From positions 1-57,551 of IMG/VR virus record IMGVR_UViG_3300009158_000060: DNA of 57,551 nt; one strand, written 5' to 3'. Position 1 is the stretch's first letter. The number at the start of each line of letters is the position of its first letter. The notes under the pieces were generated by a model. The model made no database searches and was not told the DNA's origin. It was given only the letters and a program-made list of their open reading frames with translations. Position numbers and translations under genes: made by a program. This document shows positions 39,011 through 47,256 of the stretch, piece by piece. The stretch is from a virus. Taxonomy: Duplodnaviria; Caudoviricetes.

Positions 39011-39445
39011 TTAAGCGCGGGTAAGCCCACGAGGGTCTTGCACAACAGCGTCCACTTGGTCATCATTGATGAGCCGGAACTCTTTTCCGAAAATCTTAAA
39101 GCGCGTACCGGAATATGTACGCACGAGCACAAAGTCACCTTTTTTGCACCATGCTCCTGCGGGGAACTTGGTCTGGTCTTTGTACGCGTCTGGGCCAACC
39201 TTGAGCACAAACAGAACAGTTGTTGCATGTTCTTCTTGGCGCATGGAGGAGGTGGCTTTCACGAGATCAAGCTCAGTACCGTCAATCCTTTCGGAGATGT
39301 CGGGTACGGCACACAGCAACTTCCAGCCTGTCGGCTCTGGCAGCATGGTGGCTTTTTCATCGTCTGTTGCGTCTTGCGCTGGCGCTTCGACGGGTTGGAT
39401 TTCAGGCAGGGCAAATTGCCCCGGTTCTAGAACGAGTTCACTCAT
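39011..39445 (-). CDS. GroES-like co-chaperonin
   Basis: PTGWKLL, VLKVGPDAY, GDFVL..YSGT, FRLINDDQV. Confidence 0.8.
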   Translation of the reverse strand: MSELVLEPGQFALPEIQPVEAPAQDATDDEKATMLPEPTGWKLLCAVPDISERIDGTELDLVKATSSMRQEEHATTVLFVLKVGPDAYKDQTKFPAGAWCKKGDFVLVRTYSGTRFKIFGKEFRLINDDQVDAVVQDPRGLTRA

Positions 39446-39632
39446 CGGATTTTTCTACTTTCTCAGCAAGGTCAAGGAGATGGCGCTCTGCGATAGCTAG
39501 ACCCTGAATAACACCGCAAAGTTTTTGATACTCTTCAAAAGTGCGACACCCACCACCAGCGCAGTCATCTGCGTAGTTGTTCATGTCGGTACGTATTTTT
39601 TCGCGCAATACGCGTGCGAATTCGGAAATCAT
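39438..39632 (-). CDS. small protein between portal and GroES
   Basis: EEYQKLCGVIQGL; coupled on both sides. Confidence 0.6.
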   Translation of the reverse strand: MISEFARVLREKIRTDMNNYADDCAGGGCRTFEEYQKLCGVIQGLAIAERHLLDLAEKVEKSDE

Positions 39633-42115
39633 TGTTTAGGCGGCTCCTTTTGTTTGTTGGTCAGATCATGAATGCGCTGCACGGACTGCTGGCGCTCGGT
39701 CATCTGCATTTGTTCACGCTTGGTTTTTATGTCCCCCGCCTTGCCCATTGCAGAGATGTTTGCCGCTGACTTCTGCTGTTGCAGTTGACCGGCTTTGTTC
39801 ATGGCATCAATCTGAAGCCGCTTGTTGTCCAGCTCCAACCGACCCTGCATCTCTTGCGCCTTGAGTTGCAAGTCCTGCTGCTTGATTTGGAGTTCTTGTT
39901 GCTTGATCTGCAACTCTTGCTGCTGCATCTGGATCATCGGGTCTTGCTGTTGTTGCTGAGCTTGCTTCTGAGCTTGCTGCGCTTGGCTTTGCTGGAGCAC
40001 TTGCTGTGCAGCTTGGGCCATCATGCCGGAGAGTTGAATCTCCATCTCAGGCGGCAGCTTATCGTCTTCCGGTGGCAGGGGCATACCCATCTGCTGTTCA
40101 ATCTTCTGACGGTATGCGTACCCAACGTGCTCGGCAACGTGCGCCATCATTGCACCTTGAATCTGCGGAGCTTTGGGGTTCTGGCCAATCAGTTCCATGA
40201 CGATGGGGTCTTGCATCGCCATCATGTGCACCTTGATGTGGGACTCATGGTCTTGGTAGAAGAATGCCTTCAGTGGCTCCAAGCGCAGCGCAGCCATGTT
40301 CTCAGACACAGGGTCTTTTGGCTTCTGGTCGTCCGGCAGGGGCACGAGCTTGTCAGCATCCTTGATACCCAGCACCGCCAGCATCTGCCTGTGAAGCTGG
40401 GGCAAGTCGTAAATATCCGGTGCCATTTGAGCCATTTGTATGACTGCTTGGTACTGAACCACCCGTTGACTCATGGTGGCTGCGTTCGGATCGCTCACGG
40501 GGATGATGTCTACGTGGTCGTAGTCAGCAGCCTTGGCCTTGCGTGGGGCATCAATCGGATCGTAGTCATAGTCTGGGTCGGTGTAGTCGCGGATGATCGC
40601 GGCCAGCAGACGCAGCTCTTGTTTGAATGTGTAGTGCAGCCGCGCTTGCACGGCGCTCATGACTTTAAGCTGGCGCTCCAGCAGAGCTAGTGTGGTGCCC
40701 ACAGGTGCTTGGGCGGACATGTCCGACACTTTCATGTCGGCAGTGGCCGCAAACCTGCGGCCTTCTTCCACGATCTGGCCAAGCAGACCCATCAGAACTT
40801 GGCTTGGCTCCTTGTATGGCAAGGGCAGGATACTGTCGCGCAGCGCACCGGAACCAATATCTACGTCACGCCATTCTCCGGGAGCGATGGGGGTGTCGTC
40901 ACCTTTGATGCGCATGCCACGGGATTTGAGTCCCCCGGGCAAGTTTGAGAGAGTACCTGCGTCAACAAGTTGGCGCATGAGACTCGTGGCAGATTTGGCA
41001 TACCCTCCAATGAGATGGAAAAGGCCGAAGCCGTACGCTCCAAAACCCGGGATGTATTGATAGTGAACAAAGTGTTGTCGTTTAATTTCAAGTGGGTCTT
41101 CCTGTTCCCAGTTTCTACGGATGGCCAAAACATCGTTCGAGCCTTTGATTAGGGTAACTACGTATGGACGCGTGATGCCGGTCGGTTCGCCGTCGTCATC
41201 CTTGTCTTCATCACCCTTGAGCACCAAGTCAACATGTGACTCATATAGTGTGTAGCGGTCGTCATTTATATCAGAGAAGCCTGTTTCTTTGTCCTTGGCC
41301 TTCTTGATGTTGTCTTGTTCCTTGCTGGGGTCAGGCAACTCAATGTCGCGGTAAAAACCTGCCTGTTGCAGTTTGACAATCTCGTTCTTTGTCTTGCGCA
41401 TGACGTGCGTCAGGCGGTAGCAGGTGTCCAGATCGGATGTGCCGTAGGGCAGCAGAATGTCTTCAGCCGGTACAAATATTGAAATCTGACGGCCAATGTT
41501 GGGGTCGTAGTACACCTTCTTGAACGCCGAGCCGGTGGCTGGCAAGCTCCACAGCATGCGCTCATGCTCGGGACGGAACTCGCGCATGACTTCTGTCAGC
41601 TCGTAGTTCATGTCTTCTTCAACGCGGATGGACGCTTCTTTCTTCTCGGGGGTCTCTTTGCCCAGAATTTTTGTACGTACCGGCCCTTGGGCGGGGAATG
41701 TCTCGGTGATGGTCTCTGACTGGAACCGGACAACCGCCTCTGTAATCATGGGGTGGAACACACCAGATGCGCCGTTCCACGGCTCCGTGCGTTCTTCGTA
41801 CTGCAAGCCCAGCAGTTTGATGCCTTCTGTATATGCGCGTTCCCAGTCCTTGCGGGAACTCTTGTCTTGCTCAATGTCTCCAGCCAACTCAGAAGCCATC
41901 TCCATGATGTCATCTTCGGATAGAGTGTCGGCCAAGTTCTCATCAAAGGTGTCTTCCTCTTCACCGGGCTTGATGCTCAGCTCCAAGTCCCCTGCGTGGA
42001 TGTTTACCTCTTCCGGGTCAATGATCTCAATTTCAATCGGCTCCTCGTCTTGGGCAAGGTCGTCCATGCTTTGGGGTTGCTGGTACAGAGCTTTATCTAT
42101 ATTGGTGGCCATCAT
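39629..42115 (-). CDS. portal protein (P22-like, Gln-rich barrel)
   Basis: 828 aa after TerL; HPMITEAVVRFQ, GSAFKKVYYD, APVGTT; poly-Q coiled coil. Confidence 0.85.
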   Translation of the reverse strand: MMATNIDKALYQQPQSMDDLAQDEEPIEIEIIDPEEVNIHAGDLELSIKPGEEEDTFDENLADTLSEDDIMEMASELAGDIEQDKSSRKDWERAYTEGIKLLGLQYEERTEPWNGASGVFHPMITEAVVRFQSETITETFPAQGPVRTKILGKETPEKKEASIRVEEDMNYELTEVMREFRPEHERMLWSLPATGSAFKKVYYDPNIGRQISIFVPAEDILLPYGTSDLDTCYRLTHVMRKTKNEIVKLQQAGFYRDIELPDPSKEQDNIKKAKDKETGFSDINDDRYTLYESHVDLVLKGDEDKDDDGEPTGITRPYVVTLIKGSNDVLAIRRNWEQEDPLEIKRQHFVHYQYIPGFGAYGFGLFHLIGGYAKSATSLMRQLVDAGTLSNLPGGLKSRGMRIKGDDTPIAPGEWRDVDIGSGALRDSILPLPYKEPSQVLMGLLGQIVEEGRRFAATADMKVSDMSAQAPVGTTLALLERQLKVMSAVQARLHYTFKQELRLLAAIIRDYTDPDYDYDPIDAPRKAKAADYDHVDIIPVSDPNAATMSQRVVQYQAVIQMAQMAPDIYDLPQLHRQMLAVLGIKDADKLVPLPDDQKPKDPVSENMAALRLEPLKAFFYQDHESHIKVHMMAMQDPIVMELIGQNPKAPQIQGAMMAHVAEHVGYAYRQKIEQQMGMPLPPEDDKLPPEMEIQLSGMMAQAAQQVLQQSQAQQAQKQAQQQQQDPMIQMQQQELQIKQQELQIKQQDLQLKAQEMQGRLELDNKRLQIDAMNKAGQLQQQKSAANISAMGKAGDIKTKREQMQMTERQQSVQRIHDLTNKQKEPPKQ

Positions 42116-42121
42116 TTATCC

Positions 42122-43660
42122 TCAGTAGTACGCCGCCACGCGGCGCTTGAAAAATCGGGGTTCGTCCGGCTCATCGGTGTCGATTCTGATGAAGCCGCCT
42201 TGTCTGACGCGCAGCAGTGCTTGGGTGGTTGTGTCCACGTAGTCATCGTTCTCCCCCACAGGGAAGGCCGCAACTTCTTCAATCACTTCGCGTGCCCAGC
42301 GTGTGTCAGGTGCCCACACCAAGCCGGATGCAAACATGTCGGCCACGGCATTGACACGCACCATCTTATCGTTTCCACGGCTGGGTGTAAATTCCTGCAC
42401 CGGGATGCCCATCGCCCGAAGCTCTTGGATTAGGGGGCCACCAGCGGCTTTCTTCTCCACAATGAACGCATCCGGCTCCCACTCCGTCCAGTGCTTGAAG
42501 GCAGAGACCTTGAGTTCAGGAAACGCCATCCTGTCCTTAAACGCGTCCAGCAGGATCACCTGCGCCTTGTTGTTCTCTTCTTCGTTGTAGAACACGCCCC
42601 ACGTTGTGCACGCACTGTAGTCAGATGTGCTCTTTGTCTCGTGTGCCGTGTCCCAGCTCTGGATTATGTATTCACAACTGGGGGGTTCTTTGGGTTCCCA
42701 TATGCGCCAATGTTTTCTGGAGATGATCGCCGCCGTGTCGCTGGTTGGCTGCTGCATGTACTGCGCGTTCCAGTACCGTGGCTCCATTGAGGACTTGGCG
42801 CTCAGGAGGGACTCCAGTGGCCACTGCTCTGGCCAGAGTGACTTCTCGTTCTCCTTACCTTCGTTCAGAATGGCCGGTAGCTCCACGATCTCCCACTGGG
42901 GTGAGTCTGGGTTATTGGCTTGGTACTGTATTAGGCGACCGGTCAAGTCCAACGGCCCCCAGCGCGTCATGATGACAATGATCGCCCCGCCCGGCATCAG
43001 TCGTTGGAGTGGGCCTGTCTGGAACCACGACCACGCCGTGTCGAAGGCGAGTCGGCTATTGGCTTTAACATCTTGCTCAGAATGCGGGTCGTCGATAACG
43101 AAAAGATCAGCTCCCCGACCAGCCAGAGCACCACCAACACCGGCAGCATAATACTGACCACCAGCAGCAGTAGACCACTTTCCAGCAGCCTTCTGATCGT
43201 CAGCCACAAGCGTTTGAGGAAAAAGTTCATGGTATTGCTCATCGTCCAGTAAGTTTCTGACTCTGCGTCCGAAGTCCTCGGACAGCGATGCGGTGTGCGT
43301 TCCCATGATGATCTTCTTATTAGGGAAATTACCTAGGAAGAACGCGGGGAACAGATAGCTGGAGAACTCGGACTTACCCATCCGTGGCGCAATATTGATG
43401 ATGACGCGCTTCTTTTTACCGGCAATCACGTCCTGAAATATCTTGGCCAGCTTCCTGTGGTGCGGCCCGACTTTAAATCCGGGGTAGACGTGCATGGCAA
43501 ACTTAATCATGTCTGTGCGCCCGGCCACCAGCGCGTACCGTTTCTCACGTTCCTCCAACATGTCCATTAATTCCACTTTCTCTTTAAGAGAAAGCGTTGG
43601 GAGGGCGCGTTGAATCGCCTGCGCTTCAGTCGGGCTGAGCGTCAGTTCGTTCAGGTTCAT
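42122..43660 (-). CDS. terL: terminase large subunit
   Basis: APRMGKS Walker A, VIDDP Walker B, MTRW, SWDTA and DDYVD nuclease motifs. Confidence 0.92.
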   Translation of the reverse strand: MNLNELTLSPTEAQAIQRALPTLSLKEKVELMDMLEEREKRYALVAGRTDMIKFAMHVYPGFKVGPHHRKLAKIFQDVIAGKKKRVIINIAPRMGKSEFSSYLFPAFFLGNFPNKKIIMGTHTASLSEDFGRRVRNLLDDEQYHELFPQTLVADDQKAAGKWSTAAGGQYYAAGVGGALAGRGADLFVIDDPHSEQDVKANSRLAFDTAWSWFQTGPLQRLMPGGAIIVIMTRWGPLDLTGRLIQYQANNPDSPQWEIVELPAILNEGKENEKSLWPEQWPLESLLSAKSSMEPRYWNAQYMQQPTSDTAAIISRKHWRIWEPKEPPSCEYIIQSWDTAHETKSTSDYSACTTWGVFYNEEENNKAQVILLDAFKDRMAFPELKVSAFKHWTEWEPDAFIVEKKAAGGPLIQELRAMGIPVQEFTPSRGNDKMVRVNAVADMFASGLVWAPDTRWAREVIEEVAAFPVGENDDYVDTTTQALLRVRQGGFIRIDTDEPDEPRFFKRRVAAYY

Positions 43661-44234
43661 TGCGGCTTTCGTTTATCTCTATGTCTTCTATTGGTTCAGC
43701 GTCGGTCACGCCCATGAACTTGGCCAGCTTTTCTTTGAGCTTGCGGTCGATCTCTTCGTCTGTCAGATCGGTCTTTTTGATTTCAATCTTGTCGGTAAAT
43801 AGCCCGACTTCTGTAACTTTACCCAGTAAGCCTAAAGCTTTCAGGCGAATGTTGGCGTTGGGGGATTGCGTTTCCTCAAACAACTTGGCCACCGTGTACC
43901 CACGGAGTTCCTTGGCCATCTGTACAAATTCCCAGTCGTACGCTGTGAGCATGCCCGTGATGTGGCGCACAGCGGCGGGGGTTTTGAGTTGCAGGAGTTT
44001 TGTTTTCTGTTCGTCGGTGTCTTGGTCAGACACGATCATCTTAAAAGCGTCGCGTGCCAGATGGGTCTGGGTTTCTGTATGTATCTTCTCGTCAGGCGTT
44101 GCGCCCAATTCTTCTAGCCACTGCGCGGTGGCAATTTGCGCCGACAGAAGTTCCGCCGTATCTACAGCAGCTATTGTTACGAAATCTTCCAGACCGGTGT
44201 CGTCTGGGGAAAACTGCACCAAATGCTCCAACAT
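43626..44234 (-). CDS. terminase small subunit (probable)
   Basis: directly upstream of terL; RLKALGLLGK...VGLF. Confidence 0.6.
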   Translation of the reverse strand: MLEHLVQFSPDDTGLEDFVTIAAVDTAELLSAQIATAQWLEELGATPDEKIHTETQTHLARDAFKMIVSDQDTDEQKTKLLQLKTPAAVRHITGMLTAYDWEFVQMAKELRGYTVAKLFEETQSPNANIRLKALGLLGKVTEVGLFTDKIEIKKTDLTDEEIDRKLKEKLAKFMGVTDAEPIEDIEINESRNEPERTDAQPD

Positions 44235-44261
44235 TTTTATAAGCTGTGTTTTTACACAGGG

Positions 44262-44290
44262 TTGTTGCGCGTTGGGTTGCAGTGTACACT
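44262..44290 (+). promoter_or_regulatory. putative sigma70 promoter for the candidate sRNA
   Basis: TTGTTG-17 bp-TACACT, start about 44297. Confidence 0.4.
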
Positions 44291-44296
44291 TATTTC

Positions 44297-44371
44297 AAGT
44301 TGTGGGCAACCACTGCTTCTCCTAGACTGCAAAGTCTTTTAGCCCCCGTCAGCAATGCCGGGGGTTTTTTT
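44297..44371 (+). ncRNA. candidate sRNA with three GCAA hairpins and an anti-SD tract
   Basis: GTGG-GCAA-CCAC, AGACT-GCAA-AGTCT and CCCCCGTCA-GCAA-TGCCGGGGG-T7; CTCCT between hairpins 1 and 2. Confidence 0.55.
44343..44371 (+). terminator. intrinsic terminator
   Basis: GC-rich stem followed by TTTTTTT. Confidence 0.75.
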
Positions 44372-44603
44372 ATGGGCGGTTATTTCTAAATTTTATAAAA
44401 ATTTATGGGGGTAGGGGCGTTTTGACTTGACGGGGGGTGTTGTGGGATTGGAGTGGTATTAAGTATTACAGAAGTGCTGGGAATCGGAGGGGAATAGTGT
44501 TCACGGCCAGACGGGTCGTCGCTGTCCACAAAGGGGGATGGGGGTATGGTGGGGTCTAAGGTATACACATATACCATGTCAAGGGGATACCACAACCTGT
44601 TTG

Positions 44604-44612
44604 TGCTATAAT
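44604..44612 (+). promoter_or_regulatory. extended -10 early promoter
   Basis: TG-C-TATAAT upstream of the first early gene. Confidence 0.65.
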
Positions 44613-44648
44613 AGATTTATCGATTGGGGGAACTCAGTCGTTCTGTCG

Positions 44649-44675
44649 CCCCGCCAGTTGCGGGGTTTTTCTTTT
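44649..44675 (+). terminator. terminator-like hairpin in the early leader
   Basis: CCCCGC-CAGTT-GCGGGG-TTTTTCTTTT immediately before RBS GGAG. Confidence 0.55.
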
Positions 44676-44687
44676 GGAGAGTTAACA

Positions 44688-45080
44688 ATGAAACTTGCAA
44701 CACACATCAACAGCAACATCTATCAGGCTATCGTGCCTACTCTGAAACTCGCAGACATCACGTCTGCCAGTCTGCTAGACACACTGCTCAAGAACGGGAT
44801 AGGTACACGCAAGGATGCAGTGCCTTATGTCGTGTTCTATGTCTCTGAGTTACCTAGTGCCACACGCAAGCCTTACGAGGGTCAGCGGGGTTGGACATTC
44901 GGGCGAGGCACTGCTGAGCAGAAACGCACCGACAGGATTCTCGACAACATCTTTGTGGATGTCGAGGCAGACGCAAAGAAACCAAAGACAAGCAAGAAGA
45001 AGGACAAGGTTGCTCGCCTTGTGACAGCGTACGAGGGAATGACTGCGGCTGAGAAGCGTCGCTTCTTGGCTTCAATCTGA
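44688..45080 (+). CDS. first early gene, basic hypothetical protein
   Basis: RBS GGAG, ATG 44688 (MKLATHIN), Lys-rich C-terminus. Confidence 0.7.
   Translation: MKLATHINSNIYQAIVPTLKLADITSASLLDTLLKNGIGTRKDAVPYVVFYVSELPSATRKPYEGQRGWTFGRGTAEQKRTDRILDNIFVDVEADAKKPKTSKKKDKVARLVTAYEGMTAAEKRRFLASI
44746..44771. repeat. palindromic repeat copy 1 (inverted, intragenic)
   Basis: AACTCGCAGACA-TCA-CGTCTGCCAGT. Confidence 0.7.
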
Positions 45081-45107
45081 AACTGGCAGACAAGTTGTCT
45101 GCGAGTT
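45081..45107. repeat. palindromic repeat copy 2
   Basis: AACTGGCAGACA-AGT-TGTCTGCGAGTT. Confidence 0.85.
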
Positions 45108-45114
45108 TTTTCAA

Positions 45115-45151
45115 AGCGGCGTGGATGTCCTGTCCCGCCGCTGTTTCTTTT
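45115..45151 (+). terminator. putative intrinsic terminator
   Basis: AGCGGCG...CGCCGCT followed by GTTTCTTTT. Confidence 0.55.
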
Positions 45152-45225
45152 CTTGTCCATTCAGCCCCTGATCGTTCAAATAATTTGATCGGTCGCATTC
45201 AACTCAACTCAACTGGAAAGTCATC

Positions 45226-45360
45226 ATGACACAACACTACCTGCGACTCTTAACGCTTCAAGACTACTGCTTCCGCACGAACAAACGCCGTTGGGCTAAA
45301 GCCATTGGCGAAGAACTCAAAGCCTTCCTGCTCGACAACCCAACCTTCCGCAAATACTAA
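45226..45360 (+). CDS. small early protein, 44 aa (not in ORF track)
   Basis: GGAAAG RBS; MTQHYLRLL...FRKY. Confidence 0.55.
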   Translation: MTQHYLRLLTLQDYCFRTNKRRWAKAIGEELKAFLLDNPTFRKY

Positions 45361-45369
45361 GGAAACATC

Positions 45370-45477
45370 ATGACCAAAGCACAACTGAAAGAGATCCGCC
45401 AAATCATGGCGCATGAGTACCGCATGGCTATCGTCTGCAAGCGTAGCTTCACACCAATCTGGTATCTGTTCGTTTAA
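45370..45477 (+). CDS. small early protein, 35 aa (not in ORF track)
   Basis: AAGGA RBS; MTKAQLKEIRQ...YLFV. Confidence 0.55.
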   Translation: MTKAQLKEIRQIMAHEYRMAIVCKRSFTPIWYLFV

Positions 45478-45488
45478 GGAAGAACACC

Positions 45489-45656
45489 ATGAAACCATCC
45501 ATCAAAGCCAAACTCAGTGCCCTCAAGGCGCAACTCAAAGCCGACGAAGAACTCAGACTCAAAGACCCACGGCGTGCAGAGATACTGCGACAGGCACGCT
45601 GGAAAGAGGACTGGCACACCATAAAGACCCAATGCAAACAGCTAAACCTCCTCTGA
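45489..45656 (+). CDS. small early protein, 55 aa, ending QLNLL (not in ORF track)
   Basis: AAGGA RBS; MKPSIKAKL...KQLNLL. Confidence 0.55.
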   Translation: MKPSIKAKLSALKAQLKADEELRLKDPRRAEILRQARWKEDWHTIKTQCKQLNLL

Positions 45657-45665
45657 CAACAGGCA

Positions 45666-45691
45666 AACTGGCAGACACACTGTCTGCCAGT
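45666..45691. repeat. palindromic repeat copy 3 (perfect arms)
   Basis: ACTGGCAGACA-CAC-TGTCTGCCAGT. Confidence 0.85.
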
Positions 45692-45737
45692 ACAGTAACT
45701 AATCCTTCTACTGTGTTTAAATACAGTAGTGGGTATC

Positions 45738-46026
45738 ATACCCACCATTTTGCGCATCGTGACACACACGCGGGTATCGGCATCGTCAATACCTGCGGGG
45801 CTTCAAGCGTTGTCCAGCCCACAATACCTATATATATATAAGAGATTAAAAGATAGATATATATATATACGGGTAAGTGGGTGTGGTTTTGTTTGAAAAA
45901 AAGAAAAAAGGTTTTAGTATTCTGGAAATCAGGTAGGTATCGAGGTATGGAGTAGTAAAATTACCAATAACCACGGGACAATCCTGATACCCGCGTGTTT
46001 GTCCCCTCATGCAAAATGGTGGGTAT
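45738..46026. other. origin-like element: 43-bp inverted arms around an AT-rich core
   Basis: arms 45738-45780 and 45984-46026; (TA)n runs at about 45829-45869; repeated GGGTATC. Confidence 0.55.
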
Positions 46027-46074
46027 CACAAGGCAACAAGTGGGTATCTCCCACTAAAAAGAAAGGTCTTTCTC

Positions 46075-46713
46075 ATGCAAAAGGACTACAAAAAATGTGC
46101 TAAATGCGGGACAGAAAAGCCCCTTGCACAATTCAAACGCCGACTATCTCGTGCACAAATGCAAGCACGAGGTATGAAAGGTGCCGTGCTGATGACCATC
46201 AGTTCAAAGAATTGCAAGGACTGCCAACCCAAACGCAAGCCGCCGCGCAAGCAAACGCCCAAGCAACTACACAACATGGTGGTGAGTGGCGACATCAAAG
46301 AGGCACGCATGCTGGAGATACTGGCAGAACGCCAACGCATGGCGAGGCTTGTGATGAGCAAGGCGAGATATGAGGCGTGGGTTGACCAGTGGCGCAAAGA
46401 ATTAAAAGCGGTGTTGTCGCCAATGACATACGAGATACACAAGGTGCGGGCGCAGATACGCTACGCTGAAGAAGTAAACAATGACGAGTATTTAAAACTG
46501 CTGGAGAAGTACTTGTCAGTACTGACAAGGGAGAAGAGCCGCATCCTGCTCGACTACGAGGCAGACCCACATAAATATAAAAACGAGAAGAGAAACTGGT
46601 GGGACTTGGTGTCCGACTTCGGAGTCGAGTCCTTGCGTGACAGGTGGATGAGCATAAGAAAGGAGGACAAGGCGAGCATGAAAGTGCCCGAGCTGTTGGC
46701 TCGGCGTAAGTAA
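46075..46713 (+). CDS. Zn-ribbon basic protein
   Basis: CAKC...CKDC; ATG 46075 after AAAGG. Confidence 0.65.
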   Translation: MQKDYKKCAKCGTEKPLAQFKRRLSRAQMQARGMKGAVLMTISSKNCKDCQPKRKPPRKQTPKQLHNMVVSGDIKEARMLEILAERQRMARLVMSKARYEAWVDQWRKELKAVLSPMTYEIHKVRAQIRYAEEVNNDEYLKLLEKYLSVLTREKSRILLDYEADPHKYKNEKRNWWDLVSDFGVESLRDRWMSIRKEDKASMKVPELLARRK

Positions 46714-46738
46714 CTGGCAGACATGGTGTCTGCGAGTT
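46712..46738. repeat. palindromic repeat copy 4
   Basis: AACTGGCAGACA-TGG-TGTCTGCGAGTT. Confidence 0.85.
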
Positions 46739-46764
46739 TGTATAAACAACTTTGGGAGAAGTAA

Positions 46765-47037
46765 ATGAGTGACTTTGATTTCACATGGAACTACCGCATC
46801 GTCAACGCCAAGTCAGAGAACAACGGGGAGGATTGGTACTGTCTGAAAGAGGTGACATACAACGACGGCAAACCCACAGGCTATGGCAACCCATGCACAG
46901 GGTCAGAAACGCCTGAGTCCATGCGTGATGTGTGGCACATGATGGAGAAGGCAATGCAGTTGCCGCCGTTGCAAGAGGAGGACTTTGAAAAGGGGGAGGG
47001 GTACACATTCGAGGACTTATTCAATGAGGGGGTTTAA
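46765..47037 (+). CDS. hypothetical protein
   Basis: WNYRIV...EVTY..GKP; RBS GGAG. Confidence 0.65.
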   Translation: MSDFDFTWNYRIVNAKSENNGEDWYCLKEVTYNDGKPTGYGNPCTGSETPESMRDVWHMMEKAMQLPPLQEEDFEKGEGYTFEDLFNEGV

Positions 47038-47256
47038 ATGAAAGTCAGACAGATACGCCAAAGGGCTAAGACCCACTACATATCAGAGGAAGGCTTCAAG
47101 TTCTTGCGTGGTGCCATAGGCAAGCGATGCCGTACCTATGAGGCAGGGTGCGCTGTCTGTGATGAGTGGCGCTTTCGTGATGAGCATGGACGCTTCGTCT
47201 ACAACTTTGAAGAGTTGCGTAAATACATGGACATAACAGAGGGAGAAGCAGAATGA
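47038..47256 (+). CDS. hypothetical protein
   Basis: GKRC..YEAGCAVC Cys motif; RBS GAGG. Confidence 0.6.
   Translation: MKVRQIRQRAKTHYISEEGFKFLRGAIGKRCRTYEAGCAVCDEWRFRDEHGRFVYNFEELRKYMDITEGEAE

Noticed and set aside
39779-40690. 303-aa plus-strand ORF
   Set aside because: Antisense shadow of the Gln-rich portal C-terminus; no RBS or motifs
45413-45841. 142-aa ORF from the track
   Set aside because: No RBS; overlaps RBS-led microgenes in other frames and runs into the inverted-repeat element
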